Source of the DNA: Candidatus Daviesbacteria bacterium
GTDB lineage: Bacteria; Patescibacteriota; Microgenomatia; Daviesbacterales; UBA10151
NCBI GenBank assembly: GCA_016176335.1
Contig: JACOXI010000003.1
Span: 113,104-177,103, forward strand
DNA: 64,000 nt
Direction of reading: 5' to 3'
The position numbers and the translations under genes were made by a program. The notes under the pieces are model-generated. The model did not search any database. It saw only the letters and a list, made by a program, of their open reading frames with translations, and was not told where the DNA came from. Below are positions 28,310-38,086 of this stretch, one piece after another (positions within the stretch are counted from its first letter, which is position 1; each line of letters starts with the position of its first letter).

Positions 28310-28582
28310 GTGACTGCTAATGATTTTCGAATCAATTATACAAAATCCTTTACTAAAAATTTATTCAAATTAGTTAAAGGTGATCCCCCGCTAAATAAAA
28401 AATTTTTAAAAGCAATTGGTAAGCTAAAAAGAGATCCTTACCAAGGACAAAGACTTGAGGATGTAAGCTTAGGCGAGAGACGTATTTGGGTAGGAGATAA
28501 TTATAGACTCTTTTATGATATTGAGGGAGGAGATATCGTTTTACTTTATCTAAAGAAGAAAGATAAAAAGACTTACAGGTGA
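28310..28582 (+). CDS. RelE/ParE family toxin
   Basis: I.YTKSF.K.L..L..DPY.G..L..RRIWVGDNYRLFY.I. Confidence 0.85.
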   Translation: MTANDFRINYTKSFTKNLFKLVKGDPPLNKKFLKAIGKLKRDPYQGQRLEDVSLGERRIWVGDNYRLFYDIEGGDIVLLYLKKKDKKTYR

Positions 28583-28618
28583 TTGATTTTTTTCAAGTAA
28601 GTTTGTAAACTTACGCAT

Positions 28619-28756
28619 ATGCCAAAGAGAACGTATCAGCCTAAAAAATTAAAAAGAAAAAGAAAACACGGTTTCCGCTCAAGGATGGCAACCCGGGACG
28701 GAGCTAAAGTTTTACAAAGAAGAAGAGCCCGCGGCAGGAGAAAGTTAACAGTCTGA
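28619..28756 (+). CDS. rpmH: 50S ribosomal protein L34
   Basis: Translated by hand (below the ORF-track cutoff): [45 protein letters not shown]. Confidence 0.98.
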   Translation: MPKRTYQPKKLKRKRKHGFRSRMATRDGAKVLQRRRARGRRKLTV

Positions 28757-29094
28757 TGCTTCCAAAATCCAAACGCCTTAACCTCAAAAAAGATTTTAAA
28801 TGGGTTGCATCTGGCAAAAAAATAGAAAGCAAGTACGCAAAACTTTTTATTAAGATCGGGGATAATACAAATCCTCGGGTTAGTATTGCTGTTTCATCCA
28901 GTCTTTTTAAAAAAGCGACTGAACGAAACAGAGCTAGACGACTTGTTGCCGAAGCTTTCCATAATACATACTACTTACTACCTAATACTATTAATATAGT
29001 GGCTCTTCCCAAACATAAGGTACTTGAGGTAAAATCATCTGACGTGTTTTTGGATTTGCAGAAACTATTAAAGGATGAAAAGATTATTGGGTAG
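28756..29094 (+). CDS. rnpA: Ribonuclease P protein component
   Basis: MLPK..RL..KKDF, KKATERNRARR; follows rpmH. Confidence 0.95.
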   Translation: MLPKSKRLNLKKDFKWVASGKKIESKYAKLFIKIGDNTNPRVSIAVSSSLFKKATERNRARRLVAEAFHNTYYLLPNTINIVALPKHKVLEVKSSDVFLDLQKLLKDEKIIG

Positions 29095-29275
29095 TTTAAT
29101 TTCGGTTTATCAAACTTATCTTTCTTTTGACAGAGGGCTGCTGTCTGTATTTGCTCCGGGAGGTGCTTGTAGATTTTCTCCAACTTGTTCGGAGTACACA
29201 AAACTGATGATCGGGGAATTCGGGGCATTCAGAGGAAGTTGGATGGGGTTAAAAAGACTGTGGAGGTGTCGTTAA
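29075..29275 (+). CDS. yidD: Membrane protein insertion efficiency factor YidD
   Basis: CRFSPTCSEY..G..RG.W.G.KRL.RC. Confidence 0.95.
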   Translation: MKRLLGSLISVYQTYLSFDRGLLSVFAPGGACRFSPTCSEYTKLMIGEFGAFRGSWMGLKRLWRCR

Positions 29276-29280
29276 TAAAA

Positions 29281-30126
29281 ATGGGCGGGATTGTTGATCT
29301 TTTTAATTTAGTTTTCATGGGGCCTGTAATCAATCTCTTGGTACTTATATTCCAGGGATTGCAAGCTGTGCATATTCCCGGAGCCCTGGGCTTTGCGATA
29401 GTAATTTTAACTGTTGCTATAAGGATTTTGGTGTGGCCTTTTATGTCAAGTCAGATCAAAGCTACAAAAAAAATGAGTGATTTAAAGCCTCACTTGGATG
29501 AGTTAAAGAAGCAACACAAAGACGACAAAAAAGCCTTAGCTTCTGCACAAATGGCTTTATATAAAGAGCACGGAGTCAATCCTGCCGGCGGTTGTTTGCC
29601 GGCTCTGATCCAAATTCCGGTATTCATTGCACTATATCAATCAATAATCAATATCTTGCCGGGGGCAGGTGGACATATTGATCGGATTAACTCGCTGTTG
29701 TATTTTCCGCAGTTGAAGCTTCCTGCAACTTTAGATCCTAATTTTTTAGGACTTAATTTAGGATTTAAGCCGTCTGAATTTGGGAACCATGGGGCGTATC
29801 TTCTTTTAGTCCCCCTTATTACAGCCCTTTTAACATTTGTTCAATCTAAAATGGCTTTGCCTGTACCGATCAAGCATCATGTGGGTGAACCGGCTAAGGA
29901 GACCAAAGAAAAAGAAGGACTGGAGGAGAGTATGGGTCAGGTGCAGTCGCAAATGGTTTATATGATGCCTTTGATGATTGGGTATTTTGCTTTCTCATTT
30001 CCAATAGGGCTTGCAATTTATTGGAATACATATACAATACTGGGAATTATCCAGCAGCATAGAATATCAGGCTGGGGAGGGATATCCGGCTTCGCTGGAA
30101 AGTTCAAAATTTTAAGCATAAAGTGA
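29281..30126 (+). CDS. yidC: Membrane protein insertase YidC
   Basis: GFAIVILT..IR, LYKEHGVNP.GGCLP.LIQIP, GLAIYW; start revised to MGGIVD. Confidence 0.95.
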   Translation: MGGIVDLFNLVFMGPVINLLVLIFQGLQAVHIPGALGFAIVILTVAIRILVWPFMSSQIKATKKMSDLKPHLDELKKQHKDDKKALASAQMALYKEHGVNPAGGCLPALIQIPVFIALYQSIINILPGAGGHIDRINSLLYFPQLKLPATLDPNFLGLNLGFKPSEFGNHGAYLLLVPLITALLTFVQSKMALPVPIKHHVGEPAKETKEKEGLEESMGQVQSQMVYMMPLMIGYFAFSFPIGLAIYWNTYTILGIIQQHRISGWGGISGFAGKFKILSIK

Positions 30127-30133
30127 AAAGTTT

Positions 30134-30646
30134 ATGGAACAGCAACTATCTGAAGTTTTAGATAATATATTGGGGTTGTTACTTCTTGAGGGAAGTTATG
30201 AAATAGAGGAGACCGAAGACGGATTTATTGTTTCCATAGAAACACAAGATGCAGGGAGGCTGATTGGGGTCAGGGGGGAATCTTTAGATGCTCTCCAGTT
30301 AATTATTAACCAAATTATGTCCCGTGGTCAAAAGATCGGTGAGTTTAAAAGGATGATTTTGGATGTTTCCGGTTGGAGAAAGCAGAGGGAAGAAGATTTA
30401 AAAAGGAGTGCAGAGGATTGGGGTAAACAAGTTCTGGATTCAGGTAAGGAAATGGAGCTTGAGCCAATGAGTTCTTGGCAAAGAAGAGTTGTGCATATGG
30501 TGGTGGGTGAGATGAAAGGATTGGAGACTGAAAGTTTGGGAGAGGGTAGAGACAGACATGTGGTGATAAAACTCAAATCTCAAAATTCAAAACTCAAAAC
30601 TAAAAAAGAAGAGCCAAATACAGATGCTGAAACTAAAGAAGATTGA
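30134..30646 (+). CDS. jag: Jag/KhpB RNA-binding protein (KH + R3H)
   Basis: GRLIG.RGESLDALQ, LEPM..QRRVVH, S.GEG.DRHVVI. Confidence 0.92.
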   Translation: MEQQLSEVLDNILGLLLLEGSYEIEETEDGFIVSIETQDAGRLIGVRGESLDALQLIINQIMSRGQKIGEFKRMILDVSGWRKQREEDLKRSAEDWGKQVLDSGKEMELEPMSSWQRRVVHMVVGEMKGLETESLGEGRDRHVVIKLKSQNSKLKTKKEEPNTDAETKED

Positions 30647-31817
30647 AGGTTTTCTTCTCTTCCTAACAATCCTTTTTCTGCCAACACAACTGGGACGACA
30701 TTTTTGGCCGGAGTTTGCTTTCGTATATTCCCTGCCAATAGATTACCTATCTCCTACAATTTATTTTTGGGATGTGTTAGCTATTACGCTTTGTATTTTT
30801 TTCATCCTACAAAAAAAACATATTAATAGACTGGCTTTGAACTTGTTCTATTTTTTTATTTTGACTCAAACCTTATCCCTGTTGCAAAACTTCACCAACA
30901 CAGGTTCGGGGCTGGTCAGATTAGAACAATACCTGATAGCTGGTTTGTTTGGAGTTTATCTTGCTTCTTCAAAGTTGTCCGAAATAAGATCAGTAATTTT
31001 TTGGGCGTTGGCATTGTCCATATTAGGTGAAAGTATTTTGGCAATTGCACAATTTATAAAGGCGGGAACTTTAGGCCTTTGGATTTTGGGCGAAAGAACA
31101 TTTAGCATCTCAACTCCGGCGATTGCCAAGTTTGATTTTCATGGAAGCGAATTTTTAAGACCGTATGCCACTTTCCCCCACCCAAATGTGTTGGCTGCTT
31201 TTATGATAATCGGTATTTTGCTGATTGACCAATTGTCCCGAAAGGGTAGCTTAACAAAAACAGGTATTTTTATTGCAGCTTCCGCCACGACCATTTTGAG
31301 TTTTTCCAGAGTTTCAATAATGACACTTGTAGTTGTACTTGTTTCAGCTGGGAAAAGGTGGATCATTTTTGCGGCCCTCATATTTTTACTGGCCTCCCCC
31401 TTTTTGTATACTCGTTACTACTCCTTGCTTAATTTTGATAACTTGGCTTATTTTAGAAGAGAGGAGCTTTTAGAGATAAGTTTGAATCTTTTCAAACACT
31501 ATCCATTTTTTGGGGTGGGCTTGAATCAATTTATCATCGAGGCTTCGGATCAGATATTGGTAGGTCCGAACCGTTTTTTGCAACCGGTGCATAATATATT
31601 TCTTTTAACGCTCGCTGAAACAGGTGTAGTAGGGTTGGTAGGTCTTTTGGGCTTAATAGGTTATCCGGTCTTAAGACTTTTTAAACATAGGACTACAGTT
31701 TTGCTTTGGGGGACTGTTTTATTTCTAGGGTTGTTTGATCATTATTTTTTAACCTTACCCCAAGGTCAAAGAATGCTGTTTTTGGTATGGGGTTTAACTC
31801 TATCCGTGTTAAAATAA
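30624..31817 (+). CDS. O-antigen ligase/Wzy-like membrane protein
   Basis: RPYATFPHPNVLA, SFSR, FGVGL.QF, PVHNIFLL.LAETG. Confidence 0.85.
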   Translation: MLKLKKIEGFLLFLTILFLPTQLGRHFWPEFAFVYSLPIDYLSPTIYFWDVLAITLCIFFILQKKHINRLALNLFYFFILTQTLSLLQNFTNTGSGLVRLEQYLIAGLFGVYLASSKLSEIRSVIFWALALSILGESILAIAQFIKAGTLGLWILGERTFSISTPAIAKFDFHGSEFLRPYATFPHPNVLAAFMIIGILLIDQLSRKGSLTKTGIFIAASATTILSFSRVSIMTLVVVLVSAGKRWIIFAALIFLLASPFLYTRYYSLLNFDNLAYFRREELLEISLNLFKHYPFFGVGLNQFIIEASDQILVGPNRFLQPVHNIFLLTLAETGVVGLVGLLGLIGYPVLRLFKHRTTVLLWGTVLFLGLFDHYFLTLPQGQRMLFLVWGLTLSVLK

Positions 31818-31831
31818 TTTTTAAGGCGCCA

Positions 31832-33028
31832 ATGTTTTTAAAAATCTTTCAGCAAACTTCTTGGCAAATTTTCGGTAAGGCAGTAACCGTTATCTCAACT
31901 TTTATTATTTTGGGAACAATCACCAGAAATTATGGTGAGGTGGGAACAGGGGTTATAACTTTGGCCTTAACCTACATAAATATGTTTTTTCTTCTGGCGG
32001 ATTTTGGATTAAATGCTCATATCCAAAGAACCATGGAGCATTTGGATAAGGATCAACAAGAGCAAATTTTTAGAAAGCTCTTAGGCACCAGATTACTGTG
32101 GGCTTGTGCTTTGGTTGTGTTATCAATGATTTTATTACCTTTTTTCAAATTCGCATCAGGACAATTTAGCGTCCTGGTAATTTTTGGCAGTCTGGCAATT
32201 GTCGGATCCGCTGTTTTTTTGACAGCAAATTTAATCTTCCAAAGAAAATTCAGATATGATCTGTCCATTTTGGCCTCAATTGCCGGAACCTTTATATATC
32301 TTGGGCTTGTGCTTTGGTTTGCACGATTCAGATTACCGCTGTATTTTTTAATACTCGCACAAACCATCAACTGGATTTTGACGGCTGTCATAGCTCTGAT
32401 TTTTATCAGAAAATTTTTTCGTACAATCACGCCTTGTTTTGACGGCAGTTTTATTTTGAAGGAAGTTAAAAGTGCTTGGCCAATAGGCATAACTTTAATT
32501 TTGAATGTTATATATTTTAGGGCTGATTCATTTATAATTGCCTACTTCCGTTCCGTTTCCGAATCGGGAATTTACAATGTGGCTTTTCAGTTTTTTCAAT
32601 CTGTTCTGGTTTTACCGGCATTTATTATGAATGCTTATTACCCAATGATGCTTAAATCTTTTAAAGACATAAAAATTGTAGGTCTGGGGCTTTTTGGTGC
32701 AGCATTTTTAGGTACACTCATAACTTTTATGTTCTCACCTGTGATTTTATCTGTTTTAACCGGAGGAGGTTTCGCTGGGTCTTCTCAAAGCTTACAAATT
32801 TTATCACTGGGATTTCCTGCATTTTTTTTATCAGCACTTTTTATGTGGATTTATGTAACTCGCGGGATGTATAAAAAATTATTTATAATTTATGCGTTCG
32901 GGCTTTTAGTAAACTTGGTTCTGAACTTTATATTTATTCCGCAGTATTCTTTTTATGCAGCTGCAACAACAACGGTTATTTCCGAGTACTTGATTTTGCT
33001 TTTGTTGGTTGTTAGTCTTTTTCTATGA
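31832..33028 (+). CDS. Polysaccharide flippase (Wzx-like)
   Basis: About 12 TMs; ADFGL, IYFRAD, GIYNVA, NLVLNFIFIP.Y. Confidence 0.88.
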   Translation: MFLKIFQQTSWQIFGKAVTVISTFIILGTITRNYGEVGTGVITLALTYINMFFLLADFGLNAHIQRTMEHLDKDQQEQIFRKLLGTRLLWACALVVLSMILLPFFKFASGQFSVLVIFGSLAIVGSAVFLTANLIFQRKFRYDLSILASIAGTFIYLGLVLWFARFRLPLYFLILAQTINWILTAVIALIFIRKFFRTITPCFDGSFILKEVKSAWPIGITLILNVIYFRADSFIIAYFRSVSESGIYNVAFQFFQSVLVLPAFIMNAYYPMMLKSFKDIKIVGLGLFGAAFLGTLITFMFSPVILSVLTGGGFAGSSQSLQILSLGFPAFFLSALFMWIYVTRGMYKKLFIIYAFGLLVNLVLNFIFIPQYSFYAAATTTVISEYLILLLLVVSLFL

Positions 33029-33438
33029 ATTTACATATATACACAGACGGTGCATCTCGGGGAAATCCCGGCCCTGCATCCTACGGATTTGTGGTTTTGG
33101 ACGGGATGGGAAATATATTACACAAAGAGGGTAGGGCAATTGGAATTACCACCAACAATGTGGCGGAATACACAGCAGTTTATGAAGCTTTAAAATTTGT
33201 CAAAAACAGCCTGCCTTCTAAATACTCCTCAATAATTTTAAAGGCAGACTCCAAATTAGTGGCCGAACAACTGTCAGGTAATTTTAAAGTTAAAAGCAAA
33301 CATTTAAAGCCGATCATTGAGCAGATTAAGATTTTAGCACTGGAGCTTGGCGGAATAACTTTTAGTCATATTCCTCGCCAGAAAAATGCTCTGGCAGATT
33401 CAATGGCGAATCGAGCTTTAGACTCCCCCACACTTTAG
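33025..33438 (+). CDS. rnhA: Ribonuclease HI
   Basis: YTDGASRGNPG, TNNVAEY, DSKLV, HIPR..N..AD..AN.ALD. Confidence 0.95.
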   Translation: MNLHIYTDGASRGNPGPASYGFVVLDGMGNILHKEGRAIGITTNNVAEYTAVYEALKFVKNSLPSKYSSIILKADSKLVAEQLSGNFKVKSKHLKPIIEQIKILALELGGITFSHIPRQKNALADSMANRALDSPTL

Positions 33439-33505
33439 TTACTTATACCACTTTGTTATCTTTTAGCTATCTTGCAAATCTTACTTGCGGTGCTACGATT
33501 TACTC

Positions 33506-36358
33506 GTGGGCGATTATATTGAATCTATCAATAAAAAAACTATTATTTCTCTTGCACGAAACGTGCCTTCGGCTTTAGTCGTGGGGGCGGCAGGTTTTTT
33601 GGGATCGCATTTGGTTGACAGACTGTTGGGCCTTGGTATTCAGGTCATTGGTGTTGATAATCTTTCAAGCGGGGATAAGAAGAATTTGTCAGGAGCGGTA
33701 AAAAATAGGAACTTCCATTTGTTGATTGAAGATGCAAAGGATTTGAGTATTGAGGTTGTAAGGCTGGACTATGTTTTTATTACAGCAGGTCAGGGCTGGG
33801 ATTTGGATAATCTTTTAAAAATAATTAGGGACAAGGACACGAAATGTTTATTTGTATCAAAAGTAGAATTATATGATGAAGAGAGGGCCAAAGATTTTGA
33901 GTGGTTCAAAAAATCAGAGGTAAAGATTGCCAGATATGCTTCCGAAAAAGGACTTAATGTTAGAGTTTTAAGATTAGGTACTGTTTTCGGCCCCAGAATG
34001 AACTTTCACACCAAGGATCCGATTGTCAAGCTAATTCAGGCTGCGCTCAACAATCAACTACAAAAAGACGTTTCTTTGGAATTTTCCACCAGGGCCCTAT
34101 ACATTATGGATGCCTGTGATTTGTTAATCAAAGCTGTGCTTTCCGGCGCAACTGCTCTTAAAATCTTTGACGGAGTGCTGCCCACTCCGATCAAAGTAGC
34201 GGAGATCAAGCAGGTGCTTTTGGATCCTGTTTGGTATGAAACAAAAAATTTCGCGCCCTCGGAACTTCCTCCTTGGCCAACACCCAATTTAGTAAGGACC
34301 ATGAAATTTTTAAGCTGGCATCCGAGGGCCAATATAGTTGAGCAGCTTAAGAAAACTCTGACTTTTTTCAAGGATAACGAAATCACAGTTCCCAAAATTG
34401 ATCGGGAAGAAAAGGAGATGGTTGGGGCACAGACTTGGAAAGAAGAAAAAAGCAAGGAGATAAGGGGTTTTAAAAAAGAGGTTTTAGAAACAAAACAGAC
34501 CATAAAAAAAATTAGATTTAGCTGGGGCAGAATTGTTGCGGCAGGGGTAATTCTGTTGGTTTTTTTCGCTTTGGTGTTTCCGGTTATTGAGATTGGATTT
34601 GGGATTGCCACATTTAGGTTCCAACTGGCCGATGCTTTGAATAATTTGGGGAAGGGGGAGTTTGAAAAAAGCAAATCCAGCCTGGAGGCTGCGCAAAAGG
34701 GGGTTTTGGGGGCAAAATCCGTTTTTGATTCATTTGAACCAATCAGAAGGACAGGACAATTTAAAAAAGTCTTTGAGCTTGGTGACAATCTTTACAATTT
34801 AGCCTCACTTTCCTTGTCTTCATCTAAATCAACTGTGGCGGGGATTCAGGCTTTGTATGGCGGTGTTTTGGCAGTCACGGGGGAAAGCAACGAGGCGCCG
34901 AATGATTATTTTTTACTGGCCCAATCTCAACTGACGAGCGCTTTTGAGGACCTGTCGAAGGTGGAACTGCTTTTGTCGAATCCGGATTTTGGCCGATCAA
35001 TTCCGCAAATCTTACAGGGGAGGTTGAACAGTCTGAAGATGAGGCTGGCCTTATATTCAAAGTTGGTGGAGAAAGGCAGGGCTGCCAGTGTACTTTTGCC
35101 TGAAATAGTTGCCTTAGACGGAAGTAAAAACTATCTGGTGCTTTTGCAAAATAATAATGAGCTTCGGCCGACAGGAGGTTTTATAGGATCATTTGCCAAA
35201 ATTTCCTTTGCCGGCGGAAAGCTCAAGAATATTGATGTCAACGATATCTATGCAATTGACGGGCAACTTAATATTCATGTTGAGCCGCCGCAGGATATAA
35301 AAAACGATTTAGGTCAAAAGGATTGGTATCTTAGGGATTCAAATTGGGAGAGTGATTTTCCGTCTTCTGCCAAACAGGCAGAGTGGTTTTTCACCAAAGA
35401 AACAGGGGAAAAAGTATTGGGTGTGGTTGCCGTAGATGTTTCGGCAATAGAAAAACTGCTGCAGGCCACAGGGCCTTTGGACATTGCTGATTATGATGAA
35501 AAAATTACTGCTGATAATTTGTTTGAGCGGGCAATAACGCATGCAGAAACTTCGTTCTTTGCCGGATCACAGGCGAAGAAAAACTTTTTAACTGCGCTGA
35601 CTAATACTTTGTTTAACAAAATCTTTTTTTCCAAAAATCCCAACTGGCCGGGGATTGTCAAAGCTTTAGGAGATTCTTTGGAAACAAAGCACATGAGTAT
35701 ATTTTTGGATGATCCAAAACTGTTCTCTTACCTTGTTGCCCAAAATTGGGCAGGGGTGCTACCTCGGGAAATTCAACAGGATGGGGTATTTGATGATTTT
35801 ATAGCCCCTGTTGAGGCAAATCTGGGAGCCAATAAAGCCAACTATTACCTGGACAGAAGCTATAATCTGGAAACTGTGATAGGCAAAGAAGGAGAAATTA
35901 AGCATAGGTTGAGGATTACTTATATAAATAACAGCCCGTCCGATACTTGGCCTGCCGGAAAGTATAAGAACAGGTTAAGAATATATCTTCCTTTTGGGTC
36001 AAAGTTGACCAGGGTTTTGTGGGGGGAAACAAATATCACCAAGGAGACGAGCGCATTTGTGGATTACGGCAGATCAGCCTTCTCAATGTTATTGGAAGTG
36101 TTGCCTAAACAGCAGAGGATTTTAGTTTTTGATTATGAGGCGCCGAGAAAATTACAATTTAAACAAAATGCGGCAACCTATAAGCTGAATGTGGTTAAAC
36201 AAGCAGGAACACTTAAGGATCCTTTTATCTGGAGAGTGTCTTTCCCAATAAATTATAGTCTGGCTTCAGAACAAACTAAAAAATTAGGCCCGCAGGAGCA
36301 GACAATTCAAACTGATTTATCCACTGATCGGAGTTTTGAGGTAGAATTTAAAAAATAA
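33506..36358 (+). CDS. Fusion of NAD-dependent epimerase (SDR) fold, TM and DUF4012-like extracellular domain
   Basis: VVGAAGFLGSHL; central TM; YLVLLQNNNELRPTGGFIGS, RDSNW..DFP, NLGANKAN; start uncertain (33485 or GTG 33506). Confidence 0.85.
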   Translation: MGDYIESINKKTIISLARNVPSALVVGAAGFLGSHLVDRLLGLGIQVIGVDNLSSGDKKNLSGAVKNRNFHLLIEDAKDLSIEVVRLDYVFITAGQGWDLDNLLKIIRDKDTKCLFVSKVELYDEERAKDFEWFKKSEVKIARYASEKGLNVRVLRLGTVFGPRMNFHTKDPIVKLIQAALNNQLQKDVSLEFSTRALYIMDACDLLIKAVLSGATALKIFDGVLPTPIKVAEIKQVLLDPVWYETKNFAPSELPPWPTPNLVRTMKFLSWHPRANIVEQLKKTLTFFKDNEITVPKIDREEKEMVGAQTWKEEKSKEIRGFKKEVLETKQTIKKIRFSWGRIVAAGVILLVFFALVFPVIEIGFGIATFRFQLADALNNLGKGEFEKSKSSLEAAQKGVLGAKSVFDSFEPIRRTGQFKKVFELGDNLYNLASLSLSSSKSTVAGIQALYGGVLAVTGESNEAPNDYFLLAQSQLTSAFEDLSKVELLLSNPDFGRSIPQILQGRLNSLKMRLALYSKLVEKGRAASVLLPEIVALDGSKNYLVLLQNNNELRPTGGFIGSFAKISFAGGKLKNIDVNDIYAIDGQLNIHVEPPQDIKNDLGQKDWYLRDSNWESDFPSSAKQAEWFFTKETGEKVLGVVAVDVSAIEKLLQATGPLDIADYDEKITADNLFERAITHAETSFFAGSQAKKNFLTALTNTLFNKIFFSKNPNWPGIVKALGDSLETKHMSIFLDDPKLFSYLVAQNWAGVLPREIQQDGVFDDFIAPVEANLGANKANYYLDRSYNLETVIGKEGEIKHRLRITYINNSPSDTWPAGKYKNRLRIYLPFGSKLTRVLWGETNITKETSAFVDYGRSAFSMLLEVLPKQQRILVFDYEAPRKLQFKQNAATYKLNVVKQAGTLKDPFIWRVSFPINYSLASEQTKKLGPQEQTIQTDLSTDRSFEVEFKK

Positions 36359-36444
36359 TTCCTGCACGTGAGAAAACTATGGGTTTTATTTGGATTGCCT
36401 CTTTCCTCTGAAAAACCAACAAGGGTTAATGTATAATTTAAAGA

Positions 36445-36705
36445 ATGAATATGTTTTTTATTCAAACTTTGGGGTTAATTGCAGGGGGCTTTGTAGTGTT
36501 TGCCTCATTACCACAGATTGTTAAAATTATTAAAACCAAAAGAACAAGCGATATTTCCCTGCCCATGTATATTATCTTAAATATCGGCATTTTTCTGTGG
36601 GTAGTATATGGTTTTCTGACTCAACAGGTGGCAATAATTATTACTAATGTTATTTTCCAACTGGTTAATCTGATAATACTTTTCCTCAAGATTAAACACG
36701 GATAA
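36445..36705 (+). CDS. SemiSWEET/PQ-loop transporter
   Basis: 86 aa, 3 TMs, LPQIVKIIKTK.TSDIS, LWVVYG, IITN. Confidence 0.9.
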   Translation: MNMFFIQTLGLIAGGFVVFASLPQIVKIIKTKRTSDISLPMYIILNIGIFLWVVYGFLTQQVAIIITNVIFQLVNLIILFLKIKHG

Positions 36706-36756
36706 TTAGGCCTTGCCGAGTGAGCTTGAATATGATAAATTACCCTAGTCAAAAAC

Positions 36757-37575
36757 ATGGATAGATTAAGTTTGCATGCTGACGAGAGGGAAATTTTAGG
36801 CAAAAAGGTCAAACAGCTTCGTCGTAAGGGCAGCTTGCCAGCTCACGTTTTTGGTAAAGGTCTTGATACCGAGCCTGTTACTGTTTCAACCCATGACTTC
36901 TTGGAAACTTTTCAGCTGGCAGGGGAGACTGGCTTAATTGATCTTAAGATTGGCTCTGAAAAAGTCCGACCGGTTTTGGTGCGTGATGTCCAATATGACC
37001 CGATTACAGGTGAGCCTATTCATATTGATTTTTATCAGGTGAACCTGACTGAAAAAGTTAAGGTGCCTGTGCCTTTGGTATTGGTGGGGGAACAGCCGGA
37101 GTCTGTTCATTTGGGTGAAACCATAGTGTTACAGACTTTGAATGAAGTTGAGGTAGAAGCACTGCCTATGGATTTGGTAGAAAAAATTGAAGTTGATATA
37201 ACTTCGCTGAAAAACATTGATGATCAGATAAACATTGGGCAATTGGATTACAACAGAAGTAAATTAACTATTAACGCGGATGCGGAAGAAATTGTGGTGA
37301 AACTGGCTCCGGCTGTGTCTAAAGAAACGGAGAAGCTGCTGGAGGAGGAAGCTGCGGAGCAAGCTGCCGCCGCTCAAGAAGCTGTGACAGAGGAGGGTGT
37401 TACTGAAGGTGAACCAGCCTCCGCTGAAGCTGCGGCGGGCAAGGAAGGTGAACAAGCTCCAACTGAAGGAGCAGCCGGTGCCGAAGGCTCCGGCCCGCTT
37501 CGCCAAAGCTCCAGCGAGGCGAGCGAGCCAAAGGCAGGTGGAAAGAAGCCAGCAGAAGATGTACAGGAGAAGTAG
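36757..37575 (+). CDS. rplY: 50S ribosomal protein L25 (long form)
   Basis: GKKVKQLRRKG.LPA.VFG, VQYDPI...PIHIDFYQV; acidic tail. Confidence 0.96.
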   Translation: MDRLSLHADEREILGKKVKQLRRKGSLPAHVFGKGLDTEPVTVSTHDFLETFQLAGETGLIDLKIGSEKVRPVLVRDVQYDPITGEPIHIDFYQVNLTEKVKVPVPLVLVGEQPESVHLGETIVLQTLNEVEVEALPMDLVEKIEVDITSLKNIDDQINIGQLDYNRSKLTINADAEEIVVKLAPAVSKETEKLLEEEAAEQAAAAQEAVTEEGVTEGEPASAEAAAGKEGEQAPTEGAAGAEGSGPLRQSSSEASEPKAGGKKPAEDVQEK

Positions 37576-37622
37576 TTTAAATTTTATGCGGCTAATTTGC
37601 GGTAATTCTGCGGGAAACTAGC

Positions 37623-38063
37623 TTAAACCTTAGGAAATTCAAAAGTTTTTGTGTTTTGTGGGTTGGTGAGCGCGACCGAGCGCCAATGTGGTAAATCCGG
37701 ATGGCCATTTATAGCGATTTGCAAGAAGGGTAAACCCAAAGTCGAATCTGGATTGCGGTGAGAAAACGTTACCGAGCTGATAAACTTTTCAGTCAGTTCG
37801 TGTGTTGGTAAACCTTGTTCATCAATGGCCTGGCGTTGCAGCAACAATTCAGTGGATCCTATTGTTAGATGCCAATAGCCTGACCTGGGAGTTGCTCTGA
37901 GTCGATAAGGCGCTCCAACATCTTCTACTAGCTGTGTTGCAAATTGCCCAAAAACCTCAAGATCTGGCTTTGGGGATGGATCCCCGGGTGTAGTTGCTGG
38001 TGCCTGATGCAAGAGTGATTCGGCATTGGCTATTACCCTATCAACCTGTTCTGGGGTTACCAT
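37623..38063 (-). CDS. Hypothetical protein
   Basis: Start revised to MVTPEQ, downstream of valS; no motif recognised. Confidence 0.6.
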   Translation of the reverse strand: MVTPEQVDRVIANAESLLHQAPATTPGDPSPKPDLEVFGQFATQLVEDVGAPYRLRATPRSGYWHLTIGSTELLLQRQAIDEQGLPTHELTEKFISSVTFSHRNPDSTLGLPFLQIAINGHPDLPHWRSVALTNPQNTKTFEFPKV

Positions 38064-38086
38064 AAATAATATCTTATCATGTCCGG

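Noticed and set aside
28619-28756. Alternative genetic code (TGA=Gly as in Gracilibacteria/SR1)
   Set aside because: rpmH, yidC, jag and valS end at TGA at plausible positions, and conserved genes are uninterrupted under code 11.
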